Shown here piece by piece: positions 16,516 to 27,661 of a stretch of 64,000 nt of DNA. Every line of letters starts with the position of its first letter. The stretch's first letter is position 1. The position numbers and the translations under genes were made by a program. Source of the stretch: Clostridium sp. 26_21 (GTDB lineage: Bacteria; Bacillota; Clostridia; TANB77; CAG-508). Below the pieces are notes generated by a model that searched no databases, was not told the DNA's origin, and was given only the letters and a program-made list of their open reading frames with translations. Location: contig MNRO01000017.1 in NCBI GenBank assembly GCA_001915995.1, positions 73,402-137,401 of the forward strand, in the 5' to 3' direction.

Positions 16516-17604
16516 TTATTTTAATGTATAACTATTATTTATAATTGATGTACTATATAAAAATAATATATCCTGATTATTAAATTCTATATATTGATTT
16601 AATATTTTAGGTGAAATATATCTAGTATCTACCAATGTTATTTTATCATATCCTTCAACTAATAATGGGACAAAACTACTTGCATAAGAATCTCTGAACA
16701 CAACTAATTCTCTTCCCGTTTTATTTTCTGTATTTTCTATACTTATTAATGACACAGCTCCAGATAAATAAATATCATACTTGTCTAGCGAATTTTTTTT
16801 ATCCACATTATAAATTGTTGTAGTTTCATTTTTTTCATAATTATATACAATACAATTTTCCAAGACATTATTTGTTAATATTTTTATTTCATCTTTTTCT
16901 TCATTTATTGGTAGTTGACCTGAATAAACTCCTTTAAATTCTGTTATTATTTTTTCTTCATAATTATTATTTAAATTTAATTTCATCTCTTGTCCAAATT
17001 TTTGAGCTATTTTTATCAATTTTTCTTGTTTCCAATGTGAATCTGTTTTATAGTAATCTTCTAATTGTAATAAATCAAATATTCTTATATATTTTCCAAA
17101 ATTTAATTTTTCATTTAATATATTTTCTAAATTATTATAATCTATTTTTAAATTATCTTTGTTAATAAAATAATTTTTATCTGGAATTATTGAATAATAT
17201 ATTTTATTATTTTCTGTTAAATATTTCTCTTTTATTTCTATTATTTTATTTGAAATATTTAATATTGATTTTTTATTTAATGGATATATTTGTTCAATTA
17301 TATAATTATTATATTCATATAAATTATTATAATTTTTTTTGCTTAATAATTTTAATTCTGTATTTATTTTTATTTTTCTAAACAATTCTCTTTCAAAAAA
17401 TTGATCTGTTACATATTTATCAAATTTATAAAAAAATGTTCCATTAATTATTTGTGATATAGAAACAGAAGGAAATTGTTCTAATTTTCTTCTTTCTGCA
17501 ACTGATATAATTTCATCTTTTTTTATTATATTTATGAAAAAAGATAAAATTATTATTATTGCAAATAATATTGTTACTATTTTATTTTTATTTTTTTCTG
17601 ACAT
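16516..17604 (-). CDS. DHHW/AlgJ-like extracytoplasmic acyltransferase partner protein
   Basis: N-terminal TM, a KTDSHW motif, and a position directly downstream of the MBOAT gene. Start placed at ATG 17604 (SD AGGAGGA). Confidence 0.6.
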   Translation of the reverse strand: MSEKNKNKIVTILFAIIIILSFFINIIKKDEIISVAERRKLEQFPSVSISQIINGTFFYKFDKYVTDQFFERELFRKIKINTELKLLSKKNYNNLYEYNNYIIEQIYPLNKKSILNISNKIIEIKEKYLTENNKIYYSIIPDKNYFINKDNLKIDYNNLENILNEKLNFGKYIRIFDLLQLEDYYKTDSHWKQEKLIKIAQKFGQEMKLNLNNNYEEKIITEFKGVYSGQLPINEEKDEIKILTNNVLENCIVYNYEKNETTTIYNVDKKNSLDKYDIYLSGAVSLISIENTENKTGRELVVFRDSYASSFVPLLVEGYDKITLVDTRYISPKILNQYIEFNNQDILFLYSTSIINNSYTLK

Positions 17605-17615
17605 ATTTCCTCCTT

Positions 17616-19010
17616 TCAAAATCTAAAATATAAAAATGGGTTATATGAATTATCTACAGCATATGATGTTATAATTATTAAAATAAATACTATTAATATT
17701 GGTTCTAAAATATTTATTATTTTATTTTGTTTTAATTTTTTTATTAAATTTTTAATTATTGGTGTTGAAGCAATTATTGCAATAATAATTACAACAAAAT
17801 AATTTTTTAAATAATATATTGTAAATTTATTAATTAATTTTTCACCATTAACTCCAAATAACCCTATAATATTACTCCATGCTTCTTTCATATTATTTGC
17901 ATTAAATATTATAAAACTTATCATTACAATAAATAATACATATATTCTTTGAATAAATCCTGGTAATTTTTCTAAATATTTTTTTAAAAATAATTTTTCA
18001 ATAAGAAGTATTATTCCAAAATATAATCCCCATATAACAAAATTCCAACTAGCACCATGCCATATACCAGTTAGTGCCCAAACAATTAAAATATTTCTTA
18101 TTAATTTTTTTGTTCCTTCTCTACTTCCCCCTAATGGTATATAAACATAATCTTTAAACCATGTTCCTAATGATATATGCCATCTTCTCCAAAATTCAGT
18201 TACACTTTTAGATATATATGGATAATTAAAATTCTCTAGAAAATCAAATCCAAACATTTTTCCTAAACCAATTGCCATATCTGAATATGCTGAAAAATCA
18301 AAATATATTTGTAACATATATCCTACTGCAAAAATCCAATAAAATAAAATTGTTTTTTCATTTGTCTCTGTAAAAACTTTACACAATTGTCCTAATTGAT
18401 TTGCAATTAAAACTTTTTTTGCAAGTCCAATTACAAATCTTTCTATGCCATAAGAAAACTTTTCAAAGTTGTGAGTCCTATTGTCTAATTCATTTTCTAT
18501 TGTCTCATATCTAACTATCGGTCCTGCAATTAATTGTGGAAATAAAGAAACATATGTTGCTAATTTTAAAAAATTTTTTTGTACATCTACTTTTCCTCTA
18601 TATACATCAATTTCATAACTTATAATTTGAAATGTATAAAAAGAAATTCCTATTGGTAATGCTAGGTTTAAAAGTTTAAAATTTGCATTAAAAATATTAT
18701 TAATATTTCCTATAATAAAATCTGTATATTTAAAAAAACATAAAAATATAATATGTATTATTATTATTCCAAAAAGCATTTTTTTATTTTTATATTTTTT
18801 TATTAAAATTCCACCTATATATGCAATTAAGATTTCTAATATCATTAATAAAATATATTTTGGTTCTCCATAAAAATAAAATATCATTGAGGCTAAAAAT
18901 AAAATAATATTTTTAAATTTTTTTGGCATAATAAAATATATTATAATTAATACTGGTAAAAAATAATATAAAAAACTTATATTAGTAAATAGCATTTTTC
19001 CTCCTAACAT
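17616..19010 (-). CDS. MBOAT-family membrane O-acyltransferase (AlgI/DltB-like)
   Basis: Hallmark motif EFWRRWHISLGTWFKDYVYIPLGGSR; polytopic, 464 aa. Confidence 0.85.
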   Translation of the reverse strand: MLGGKMLFTNISFLYYFLPVLIIIYFIMPKKFKNIILFLASMIFYFYGEPKYILLMILEILIAYIGGILIKKYKNKKMLFGIIIIHIIFLCFFKYTDFIIGNINNIFNANFKLLNLALPIGISFYTFQIISYEIDVYRGKVDVQKNFLKLATYVSLFPQLIAGPIVRYETIENELDNRTHNFEKFSYGIERFVIGLAKKVLIANQLGQLCKVFTETNEKTILFYWIFAVGYMLQIYFDFSAYSDMAIGLGKMFGFDFLENFNYPYISKSVTEFWRRWHISLGTWFKDYVYIPLGGSREGTKKLIRNILIVWALTGIWHGASWNFVIWGLYFGIILLIEKLFLKKYLEKLPGFIQRIYVLFIVMISFIIFNANNMKEAWSNIIGLFGVNGEKLINKFTIYYLKNYFVVIIIAIIASTPIIKNLIKKLKQNKIINILEPILIVFILIIITSYAVDNSYNPFLYFRF

Positions 19011-19045
19011 ATTAAAGCTCCCAATTTCTTGGAAGCTTTATTTTT

Positions 19046-19639
19046 TTATTGTGCTGGTCTTTCTTCTGGGAGTTCAATATCTTCTTCACCTGATTTTTGA
19101 AGCTCTTTTCCTATTTCGTTTCCAACATATTCTTTAAATGAATTGTATGTTGCAGTAGCCCAATCTTCATCTGACATTACAAAAAATATAATATTATTAT
19201 AATTTGTAACATATAATTTTTCTGCTGAAACACAAATCCACTTTCTCATATCTACATTATTTAATATTTCTTCTTTAACAGTTTCAATATTTGCATTTGA
19301 TTTTACTTTTAATGCTACTGCAGAATATGCTTGTGAACTCATTAATGGTTCTAATACAACTAAACTTTCTACATTTCCTGTACTTTGAATTCCTGTATAT
19401 GATGTTACTAAATCTGAATTTGATACATCAATTTCTTCTGTTTCTAGTTCTGGTAATACATCTTTGTTTTTAGAATATATTGACTTTAACATACTTTTCA
19501 TGTCTTTTTCTGATTCTATTTTTACAGATGTACCACCAATTGTTGTATTATTATTGTTTTTTACAATAACAACTCCAACAATTGCAATTATTGCAATAAT
19601 TGCGATTACAATTATCGTAATCATTGTTTGCTTTTTCAT
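19046..19639 (-). CDS. Membrane-anchored extracytoplasmic protein, first gene of the MBOAT/DHHW operon (possibly DUF4358-like)
   Basis: N-terminal TM (MITIIVIAIIAIIAIVGVVIV) followed by a soluble domain. Family assignment rests on operon context only. Confidence 0.35.
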   Translation of the reverse strand: MKKQTMITIIVIAIIAIIAIVGVVIVKNNNNTTIGGTSVKIESEKDMKSMLKSIYSKNKDVLPELETEEIDVSNSDLVTSYTGIQSTGNVESLVVLEPLMSSQAYSAVALKVKSNANIETVKEEILNNVDMRKWICVSAEKLYVTNYNNIIFFVMSDEDWATATYNSFKEYVGNEIGKELQKSGEEDIELPEERPAQ

Positions 19640-19706
19640 TTTATTTCCTCCTTATTTATTTTAACATCATTATATAGTATCTTATTATTTGAGTCAATGG
19701 ATTTTA

Positions 19707-20480
19707 TTAACTTTTTATTTCTAGAGCAACTTGTTCTTTTGACTCTTTGTTTTTCTCCATTTGTTTTAAAACTCCATAGACCATATAAAATGGCAATATC
19801 ATTTGTCCAAAACTCATTATTAATGTAAAATATTTCCTAGAAATATTATATATTATTTCTATTGGTGTTCCTGGAAAATTCTTAGATATAAACATTAAAT
19901 TACTTCCAAAAATATTATTTACTATATATGCTAATACACATATACTTCCAACTAAAATAAAATAATATTTTATGTCTGATGATTGAATTTCAATATATTT
20001 GGTTTTATTTATTAATAATCCTAAATAAACCATTATTCCATGAAAAGCAAAACTATGTAAACTTACTATGTGAATTGCTGGATATGTTGGTAATGATGTA
20101 GATGGATATAAAATAAATACTATTCCACCAATAATTCCTCCTGTAGCTAAAAATACATCTCCCATTCTTTTTAATTCATTTTTAGCAAATGAACTTAGTA
20201 AACCTGCATATAATAATAAACTGCAATAATATAATGGTACATAATTGTTTATGTTCTTAATACCACCTGTTATTACTTTAAATAATATTATTATGACTTC
20301 GAAAACCCACATTGCAATTGTACATTTTTTTATTATTTGTTTAACTTCTTTATGTGTTTTATTTATAGTTTTTTTTAATGATATTTTTATTCCTATTATT
20401 GTTAATAATATTAATAAAAAATGTTCTTTTGTAAAGATTCCACAAGGTTCATATTCTCCTTGTTTTGCAAATATTGGCAT
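19707..20480 (-). CDS. Polytopic membrane protein of unknown function (possibly YwaF/TIGR02206-like)
   Basis: 257 aa with about 7 hydrophobic helices and no catalytic motif that I recognise. Confidence 0.35.
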   Translation of the reverse strand: MPIFAKQGEYEPCGIFTKEHFLLILLTIIGIKISLKKTINKTHKEVKQIIKKCTIAMWVFEVIIILFKVITGGIKNINNYVPLYYCSLLLYAGLLSSFAKNELKRMGDVFLATGGIIGGIVFILYPSTSLPTYPAIHIVSLHSFAFHGIMVYLGLLINKTKYIEIQSSDIKYYFILVGSICVLAYIVNNIFGSNLMFISKNFPGTPIEIIYNISRKYFTLIMSFGQMILPFYMVYGVLKQMEKNKESKEQVALEIKS

Positions 20481-20640
20481 ATATCTTCACCTCTCCTTAT
20501 GTGATTATATCAAGAAACATTTGTTTATACAATAGATTTCGATTTTTTTTACATTCTTTCCACATATTATTTACAAATTGTGGATTATGCTACAAAGATT
20601 ATACTTAATTTTTATTTTATTATCTATAAAATATACTTTT

Positions 20641-20682
20641 AAATAAAACAAAAAAGATATAAAAGAATATCTTTTATATCTT
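20641..20682 (-). terminator. Intrinsic terminator after the tRNA-Ser pair
   Basis: On the minus strand: AAGATATAAAAGA-TAT-TCTTTTATATCTT followed by TTTTTGTTTTATTT, starting 6 nt after the tRNA 3' end. Confidence 0.7.
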
Positions 20683-20687
20683 AACTT

Positions 20688-20777
20688 TGGCGTAGGTGAG
20701 AGGGTTCGAACCTCCGCGCCCCTTACAGGACCTAGCAGTTTAGCAAACTGCCCCCTTCACCACTTGGGTACACCTAC
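20688..20777 (-). tRNA. tRNA-Ser (anticodon GCU)
   Basis: Cloverleaf readable on the minus strand: acceptor GTAGGTG/CACCTAC, anticodon loop TTGCTAA, long variable arm, GGTTCGAACC T-arm, encoded CCA. Confidence 0.9.
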
Positions 20778-20832
20778 AATTTATATAAATAAAAGTTAGA
20801 TACTCAATATCTTCATATCTAACTCTTATACT

Positions 20833-20924
<92 letters not shown>

Positions 20925-20943
20925 GTGTCTCACGACATTACTA

Positions 20944-20973
20944 ATATTACCATACTTTCATGTCGCTTGTCAA
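20944..20973 (-). promoter_or_regulatory. Candidate promoter of the tRNA-Ser pair
   Basis: On the minus strand: TTGACA (20973-20968), an 18-nt spacer, then TAATAT (20949-20944), about 20 nt upstream of the tRNA 5' end. Confidence 0.45.
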
Positions 20974-21030
20974 TAGTTTTAATTAAAAATTTTTTAAAGT
21001 TAATTTTCTTCTTATAATTACAAGATTTAA

Positions 21031-21906
21031 TTATTTTAATAAATCTAAAATTCTTTCTAAATCTGAATTTCCATTATATTCAATAATTATCTTTCCTTTT
21101 CTTTTTCCTTGGTCTAATTTTACTTTTGTTCCAAAAAATCCTTGAAATCTATCTTCAATATCATCATATAACATCTTATACTTTGGATCTAAATATTTTT
21201 CTTTTTTAGCTCTTAAATTCTTTTGTTCTGCTTGTCTTACAGATTCTCCTCTTTCTATCATTCTTATAGCCATTTCATATTGTCTTTTTTGATCTGTTAT
21301 AGCAGCTAATGCTTTACAATGTCCTTCTGATAATTTTCCCTCTTTTACAAGTTCTAATACATCTGGTGCTAAGTTTAAAATTCTAACAGTGTTTGATACT
21401 GCACTTCTACTTTTTCCTATTCTTTTTGAAACTTCTTCTTGTGTTAAACCATATTTATCCATTAAATTTCTAATTCCTAATGCTTTCTCATATGGATTCA
21501 AATCTTCTCTCTGGATATTTTCAATCAATGCAATTTCTCTGTTTTTTTGTTCATCATCTTCTCTTATTATAGCTGGAATCTCTTCTAATCCTGCTAATTT
21601 AGCAGCTCTCCATCTTCTTTCTCCTGCAACAATTCCATAATATCCATCTTGTTTTGTTACTACTATTGGTTGAATTATTCCATATGTTTTTATTGATTCT
21701 GCTAAATCTTCTAATGCTTCTTGCTTAAATTGTTTTCTTGGTTGATCTCTGTTTGGTTCAACTTCAGTTATTTTTAATGATTTTAAATTATCATTTATTT
21801 CATTTTTTTCTTCAACAACAGTTTCTTGTGGTTGCTCATTTATTGATACTCCTCCAAAAAGGGCATCTAAACCTTTTCCTAATCCTGTTTTTTTTGGTTG
21901 TGCCAT
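21031..21906 (-). CDS. parB: Chromosome partitioning protein ParB/Spo0J
   Basis: GERRWRAAKLAGL motif, an HTH region, and a position next to parA in the origin region. Confidence 0.95.
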   Translation of the reverse strand: MAQPKKTGLGKGLDALFGGVSINEQPQETVVEEKNEINDNLKSLKITEVEPNRDQPRKQFKQEALEDLAESIKTYGIIQPIVVTKQDGYYGIVAGERRWRAAKLAGLEEIPAIIREDDEQKNREIALIENIQREDLNPYEKALGIRNLMDKYGLTQEEVSKRIGKSRSAVSNTVRILNLAPDVLELVKEGKLSEGHCKALAAITDQKRQYEMAIRMIERGESVRQAEQKNLRAKKEKYLDPKYKMLYDDIEDRFQGFFGTKVKLDQGKRKGKIIIEYNGNSDLERILDLLK

Positions 21907-21946
21907 TTTATCGCCTCCTTATTATTATGTAAACTAGTTTTTGTGA

Positions 21947-22705
21947 TTAATTATTTTTTAATAATTCTTTTGCAAATTTTTCATAAGCTTTTGCACCTTT
22001 TGATCTTGGATCATATACTGTTATTGGCATTCCATAACTTGGTGCTTCACTTAATCTAACATTTCTTGGAATAACTGTCTTATAGACTTTATCTTCAAAA
22101 TATTTTTTTACTTCTTTTACTACTTGATTTGAAAGATTTGTTCTTGCATCATACATTGTAAGCAAAGCTCCTTCTATTTCAAGATTTTTATTTAAATGCT
22201 TCTTGACTAAATTTACTGTATTTAATAATTGTCCCAATCCTTCAAGTGCAAAATATTCACATTGTACTGGAATTAATACACTATCAGACGCTGTAAATGC
22301 GTTTAATGTTACTAATCCTAATGATGGTGGACAATCAATTAATATATAATCATATTGATCTTTTATTTTGTCTAACTTTGTTTTTAACCTTTGCTCTCTT
22401 GACATCATTGAAACTAATTGGACCTCTGCCCCTGCTAAACTAATATTTGATGGACATACTTTTAAGTTTTTTATTGCTGTTTCTTGTAATGTTTCATCAA
22501 ATTCTGTATCTCCAATTAATATATCATATACTGATAGTTCTACATCTTTTGAAACACCTAGTCCACTTGTTGCATTTCCTTGTGGATCAGTATCTATTAA
22601 TAAGACTTTTTTTCCTTTTTTAGCTAAAATAGTACTCAAATTAACTGTTGTTGTTGTTTTTCCAACTCCCCCTTTTTGGTTTGCTACTGATATTATTTTT
22701 CCCAT
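21947..22705 (-). CDS. parA: Chromosome partitioning ATPase ParA/Soj
   Basis: Deviant Walker A NQKGGVGKTTT; 252 aa. Confidence 0.95.
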   Translation of the reverse strand: MGKIISVANQKGGVGKTTTTVNLSTILAKKGKKVLLIDTDPQGNATSGLGVSKDVELSVYDILIGDTEFDETLQETAIKNLKVCPSNISLAGAEVQLVSMMSREQRLKTKLDKIKDQYDYILIDCPPSLGLVTLNAFTASDSVLIPVQCEYFALEGLGQLLNTVNLVKKHLNKNLEIEGALLTMYDARTNLSNQVVKEVKKYFEDKVYKTVIPRNVRLSEAPSYGMPITVYDPRSKGAKAYEKFAKELLKNN

Positions 22706-22810
22706 TTTCTACATTTCCCTTCTTTCTTATGTCTTTCTTCAATATTTTTCCTAGCACTATAATAATATAAAAAATTTGATAATAAGTCAATGTTTTTTGT
22801 ATAAATTTCA

Positions 22811-22841
22811 CAAAAAAAATTACCCCACATTTTATGTGGAG
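22811..22841 (-). terminator. Candidate terminator after rsmG
   Basis: On the minus strand: CTCCACAT-AAA-ATGTGGGG (one mismatch) followed by TAATTTTTTTTG. Confidence 0.45.
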
Positions 22842-22861
22842 CATTTATCTTTTAATAAATT

Positions 22862-23584
22862 TTATTTTATTGGCTCTTTGCTTGGTGTTCCAGCTTTTCT
22901 TGGATATTTAGCTGGTGTTTTTTTTGTTTTTTCTATTGTTATAATTGTTCTTCCTATATCACTTTGTGGTAAATCAAAAGTTTTTAAATTTTTTATTGTT
23001 CCACCAAGAACATTTATTGCCTTTTTGGCCTGTTCAATTTCTTCTTCTGCTTCAGATGCTTTCATACATATTATTTTTCCATTTTCTTTTACTAATGGTA
23101 TTAAATATTCTGACAATGTTGATAAATTTGCAACTGCTCTTGATGTAGAAATATCAAATTTTTCTCTATATTTCTTATTTTGTCCAAATTCTTCAGCTCT
23201 TGCATGAACTAATTCAACATTTTTTAAATTTAATTCATTTATTACTTCTTGTAGAAAAATTAATCTCTTATTTAATGAATCAACTAAAGTAACTTTTAAT
23301 GATTCGTTCATTATTGCTAATGGTATACCAGGAAAACCTGCTCCTGTTCCAACATCAACAACACTTGATTTATTAGGAATGTCTTTATATATTGTAAGTG
23401 AATCTATAAAATGCTTCAAAATTATCTCATTTGGTTCAATTATTGCTGTTAAATTGATTTTTTCATTCCATTCAATTAACATATTCATATATTTATAAAA
23501 CTTTGAAATTTGCTCCACAGAAAAATCAAACCCTAAAATCTTTGATTTTTCCTGCATTTTCTCTTTAAATTCATTTTCTTCCAT
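22862..23584 (-). CDS. rsmG: 16S rRNA (guanine527-N7)-methyltransferase RsmG/GidB
   Basis: SAM-binding motif VDVGTGAGFPGIPLAI; conserved position after mnmG. Confidence 0.9.
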   Translation of the reverse strand: MEENEFKEKMQEKSKILGFDFSVEQISKFYKYMNMLIEWNEKINLTAIIEPNEIILKHFIDSLTIYKDIPNKSSVVDVGTGAGFPGIPLAIMNESLKVTLVDSLNKRLIFLQEVINELNLKNVELVHARAEEFGQNKKYREKFDISTSRAVANLSTLSEYLIPLVKENGKIICMKASEAEEEIEQAKKAINVLGGTIKNLKTFDLPQSDIGRTIITIEKTKKTPAKYPRKAGTPSKEPIK

Positions 23585-23609
23585 GTTTTTCTCTTTATAT
23601 CTCCTTTTT

Positions 23610-25487
23610 TTATTTTTTTGCTTTAATTGTTTGTAAATAAACTAATAATACAGATATATCTGCTGGTGAAACTCCTGAAATTCTAGATGCTTGTCCTATT
23701 GAATGTGGTCTATGTTTATTTAATTTTTGTCTTGCTTCTAGACAAATACCTTTAACTTCATCATAATTTATATCATCTGGTATTAATTTTTTCTCCATTT
23801 TTTTAAATTTTTCAACTTGCATTTCTTGTAGCTTAATATATCCATCATATTTTACTTGAATTTCAACTTCTTCTTTAACTTGTTCTGGTAATTCTGGTCT
23901 ATTTTCATCAATTTCTGCAAGTGAAGCATATGTTATTTCTGTTCTTTTCAATAATTCTGCTAACTTTGATCCTGTTGTTAATTCTGATGTACCTTGTTCT
24001 TTTAAATAATTATTTACTTTTTCTGTTGGTTTTACTATTGTTTTTTGTAATCTTTCCTTTTCTTTTTCTATTAATTCTTTCTTTTCAATAAATTTTTTAT
24101 ATCTTTCATCAGAAATTAGTCCAATTTCATGTCCTTTTTCAGTTAAACGCAAATCTGCATTGTCTTGTCTCAATAATAATCTATATTCAGCTCTTGATGT
24201 CATCATTCTATATGGTTCATTTGTTCCTTTTGTAACAATATCATCTATTAATACTCCAATATATGCCTCTGTTCTATCTAGGATTAATGGTTCTTTTCCC
24301 TTAATCTTCTGTGAAGCATTTATTCCTGCAATTAACCCTTGACAAGCAGCTTCTTCATATCCAGAAGTTCCATTAGTTTGTCCTGCAAAGAATAAACCAT
24401 CAATTGTTTTATATTCTAATGATAATTTTAAATCTGCTGGATCTATACAATCATATTCAATTGCATATGCAGGTCTTGTAAATTCACAATGTTCTAATCC
24501 TGGAATAGTCCTATACATTGCAATTTGAACATCTTCTGGTAATGATGAACTCATTCCCTGTATATACATTTCATCTGTATCTATACCAATTGGCTCCACA
24601 AATATCTGATGTCTTTCTTTATCTGCAAATCTAACTACTTTATCTTCTATTGATGGACAATATCTTGGTCCAGTTCCTTCTATTACACCTGCATATAAAG
24701 GTGATCTATGTAAATTTTCTCTAATAATTTTATGTGTTTCTGCATTTGTATATGTTAAATAACAATCAACCTGATCAAAATCTACTGTTTTATCTTCAAA
24801 TGAAAATGGTATAATTCCATTTTCACCTTTTTGGACTTCCATTTTTGAAAAATCTATACTTTTTCTATTTATTCTTGCTGGTGTTCCTGTTTTAAATCTT
24901 ACCAATTTTACACCATTATTTTTTAAAGATTCAGAAAGTTTATTAGCTGGAAATACACCATCTGGGCCACTTTCCTTTGAATATTCTCCAATAAATATTT
25001 TTCCTCTAAGATATGTTCCACTTGCAACAATTAATGTTTTTACATTATAAATTGCCCCAATATCTGTTTCAATTAATTTAATTTTATTATTTTCTATTTT
25101 TATGTTAACTATTTCTGCTTGTTTTATATCTAAGTTCTTTTGTTTTTCTAAAGTATGTTTCATTTCCATTTGATATCTTTTTCTATCAGCCTGTGCTCTC
25201 AAAGAATAGACTGCTGGGCCTTTTGAAGTATTTAACATTTTTATTTGTATCATTGTCTTATCTATATTTCTAGCCATTTCTCCACCAAGAGCATCTATTT
25301 CTCTTACCAAATGTCCTTTTGAACTTCCTCCAATATGTGGATTACATGGCATATTAGCTACTGCCTCTAAGCTTATTGAAAATACTACTGTTTTCATTCC
25401 TAATCTAGCCGCTGCAAGTGCTGCCTCACATCCAGCATGTCCAGCTCCAATTACAGCAACATCATAATTTCCTGCATAATAACTCAT
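23610..25487 (-). CDS. mnmG: tRNA uridine 5-carboxymethylaminomethyl modification enzyme MnmG/GidA
   Basis: FAD motif [15 protein letters not shown]. Start placed at ATG 25487 (MSYYAGNYD..), 11 codons inside the tracked ORF, which avoids overlap with mnmE. Confidence 0.95.
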   Translation of the reverse strand: MSYYAGNYDVAVIGAGHAGCEAALAAARLGMKTVVFSISLEAVANMPCNPHIGGSSKGHLVREIDALGGEMARNIDKTMIQIKMLNTSKGPAVYSLRAQADRKRYQMEMKHTLEKQKNLDIKQAEIVNIKIENNKIKLIETDIGAIYNVKTLIVASGTYLRGKIFIGEYSKESGPDGVFPANKLSESLKNNGVKLVRFKTGTPARINRKSIDFSKMEVQKGENGIIPFSFEDKTVDFDQVDCYLTYTNAETHKIIRENLHRSPLYAGVIEGTGPRYCPSIEDKVVRFADKERHQIFVEPIGIDTDEMYIQGMSSSLPEDVQIAMYRTIPGLEHCEFTRPAYAIEYDCIDPADLKLSLEYKTIDGLFFAGQTNGTSGYEEAACQGLIAGINASQKIKGKEPLILDRTEAYIGVLIDDIVTKGTNEPYRMMTSRAEYRLLLRQDNADLRLTEKGHEIGLISDERYKKFIEKKELIEKEKERLQKTIVKPTEKVNNYLKEQGTSELTTGSKLAELLKRTEITYASLAEIDENRPELPEQVKEEVEIQVKYDGYIKLQEMQVEKFKKMEKKLIPDDINYDEVKGICLEARQKLNKHRPHSIGQASRISGVSPADISVLLVYLQTIKAKK

Positions 25488-25504
25488 TTTTCTTCTCCTC
25501 TCCC

Positions 25505-26875
25505 TTACTTTCCTAAACAAAATTTAGAAAAAATCTCATTTATTATATCTTCAGTTACACAATCTCCTGTTATTTCTCCTAAATCGTCTAAAATCTGTTT
25601 TATATATATAGTAATGATATCTATAGGCATTCCGTTTGAAAGTGCCTCATTTGCCATTTTAACGTTTTGAATTGCTTTTCCAATTATATTTTTATGTCTT
25701 ACATTTGTTATTAATAATTCATTGTCAAAATTTATTTCATTTAGATTAAACATTTCTGATATCTTATTATATAATTCTTCTAATCCTGTTTTATTTAATG
25801 CTGAAATTTTTAATATATTTTTTGACGCATTTTTTATTTTTTCATTATTTTCATCAATAACATTTTTTAAATCATTTTTGTTTAATAATATTATTGATTT
25901 TTTATTTTTTATTAATTTTAATATTTCATAATCTTCATCATCCAATTCTTTTGAACTATCAAATATTGCAATAATTAAATCAGCATCATTTGCTTCTTCT
26001 ATTGATTTTTGAATTCCTATTTTTTCTACAGAATCTTTTGCCTCTCTAATTCCTGCTGTATCAATAAGTTTCAAAGCTATTCCGTTTATTGTAACATACT
26101 CTTCTATAGTATCTCTTGTTGTTCCTGCTATATCTGTTACAATTGCTCTATCCTCTTTCAAAATAGCATTTAACAAAGATGACTTTCCTGCATTTGGTTT
26201 GCCTATTATTGCTGTTTTTATACCATCTTTTATTATTTTACCATTATCAAATGATTTTTCCAATTTTTCTAATTTATTTTTTACTTTATTTAACATATTT
26301 CTTAGTTCATTTTCTTGAACTTCTGGTGTATCATATTCTGGATAATCAATTGTTACTTCAATATTTACTAAAACATCTAAAATATCTTGTTTTATTTGGT
26401 TTATTTCTGCTGATAAAAAACCTTCCAATTGTTTAACTCCACTTTTTGCTTCTCTTTCTGATTTTGCATTTATAACATCAATTACTGATTCTGCTTGTGC
26501 TAAATCAATTCTTCCATTTAAAAATGCTCTTTTTGTAAATTCACCTGGCCCAGCCATTTCAGCTCCATTAGCCAAGCATAATTCTAATATCTTTTTTACT
26601 ACAATATTTCCCCCATGTGCATTTATTTCACACATATTTTCTGTTGTATAACTTTTGGGAGCTTTAAAATATGATACTAAAACTTCATCAATTATTTTAT
26701 TATTTTCAACAATATTTCCATATTTTATTGAATATCCTTTTATTTCAGATATATCTTGTTTTGTTTTTGGAATAAATATTTTATCTAATATTTCAAATGT
26801 TTTTTCTCCACTCATTCTTATTATTCCTATTCCTCCAATGCCTGGTGCAGTTGCTATTCCTACTATTGTACTCAT
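25505..26875 (-). CDS. mnmE: tRNA modification GTPase MnmE/TrmE
   Basis: G1 motif [23 protein letters not shown], and a C-terminal CLGK. Confidence 0.95.
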   Translation of the reverse strand: MSTIVGIATAPGIGGIGIIRMSGEKTFEILDKIFIPKTKQDISEIKGYSIKYGNIVENNKIIDEVLVSYFKAPKSYTTENMCEINAHGGNIVVKKILELCLANGAEMAGPGEFTKRAFLNGRIDLAQAESVIDVINAKSEREAKSGVKQLEGFLSAEINQIKQDILDVLVNIEVTIDYPEYDTPEVQENELRNMLNKVKNKLEKLEKSFDNGKIIKDGIKTAIIGKPNAGKSSLLNAILKEDRAIVTDIAGTTRDTIEEYVTINGIALKLIDTAGIREAKDSVEKIGIQKSIEEANDADLIIAIFDSSKELDDEDYEILKLIKNKKSIILLNKNDLKNVIDENNEKIKNASKNILKISALNKTGLEELYNKISEMFNLNEINFDNELLITNVRHKNIIGKAIQNVKMANEALSNGMPIDIITIYIKQILDDLGEITGDCVTEDIINEIFSKFCLGK

Positions 26876-26987
26876 TTATTTTCTCCTTTATTTTTTACAT
26901 TATTTTCCTATTATACAAAAAAAAGTCAAAATTCTAAATTTAATCTTTTGATTAAAATCTGAACTTTGACTTCCGATTTTTATTTAA

Positions 26988-27659
26988 TTATTTTTTTGTT
27001 ATTACAATTCTTCTTTTTGGTTCTTGTCCAATACTTCTTGTTTCTACATTAGGATTATCTTGTAAAACACTATGTATTATTTTTCTTTCATATGCTTTCA
27101 TTGGCTCAAGTGTTATCATTTTACCTGTTCTTTCAACTATTGAAGCCTTTTTCTTTGCTACTTCTTCTAATGTTTCAACTCTTTTTTGTTTATAATCTTC
27201 TATATCTAATCTAACAACAACTCTATTTTCTGATTTTTTATTTGCTATCGCTTTCAATATATTTTCTATAGAATATAATGTTTCTCCCCTATATCCTATT
27301 AAATTTCCAATATTTTCTCCGTTTATAGAAATATATAAACATTTATCTTTTATTTCAACTGTAGTCTTAGCTTCTGGAGATATTTTATTTAAAAATTCAT
27401 TTAAAAATTCTTCAACATCTTTTTTTGCAATATTTAGTTCTTCATCTGTTGTTTCAATCTCCACTTCTTCTGGCTTTCTAGCTTCTATTTCTTTTATTTC
27501 TACTCTAACTATTTTAGGTGCTAAAATATCAAAAAAACTTTTTTTATTTTCTTCTAATATTTTTATTTCACACAATTCCCTAGGCAATTTTATTTCTTTT
27601 AATCCTTTTTCAATTGCCTCTTGTGTTGTTTTTCCTTCTGAAATTACACTTTTTGACAT
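26988..27659 (-). CDS. jag: Jag/SpoIIIJ-associated RNA-binding protein (KH plus R3H)
   Basis: KH GxxG motif (IGYRGETL) and an R3H-like motif (YERKIIHSVL); directly downstream of yidC. Confidence 0.85.
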   Translation of the reverse strand: MSKSVISEGKTTQEAIEKGLKEIKLPRELCEIKILEENKKSFFDILAPKIVRVEIKEIEARKPEEVEIETTDEELNIAKKDVEEFLNEFLNKISPEAKTTVEIKDKCLYISINGENIGNLIGYRGETLYSIENILKAIANKKSENRVVVRLDIEDYKQKRVETLEEVAKKKASIVERTGKMITLEPMKAYERKIIHSVLQDNPNVETRSIGQEPKRRIVITKK

Positions 27660-27661
27660 AG

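Noticed and set aside
20561-20600. An inverted pair of DnaA-box-like sequences (TTCCACA ... TGTGGATTA) downstream of the 19707-20480 gene
   Set aside because: These are only 7-8/9 matches, isolated, and far from oriC. Such near-matches are expected by chance in AT-rich DNA.
20926-22860. parS sites (TGTTNCACGTGAAACA-like) around parA and parB
   Set aside because: I could not find a convincing match by eye. The only CACGTG core noticed is at about 32779, in a different context. A pattern search is needed before making any claim.
25488-25520. Longer tracked N-termini for several genes: mnmG (25520), the GGDEF gene (16358), the DHHW gene (17619), the pilin 3 gene (13627), dnaN (31584), dnaA (29871), the VanW gene (51575), the YkvI gene (62335) and the 58353 ORF
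   Set aside because: In each case an internal ATG sits at the proper distance from a clear SD. The tracked upstream start is inside the SD, overlaps the preceding gene or overlaps a promoter element.
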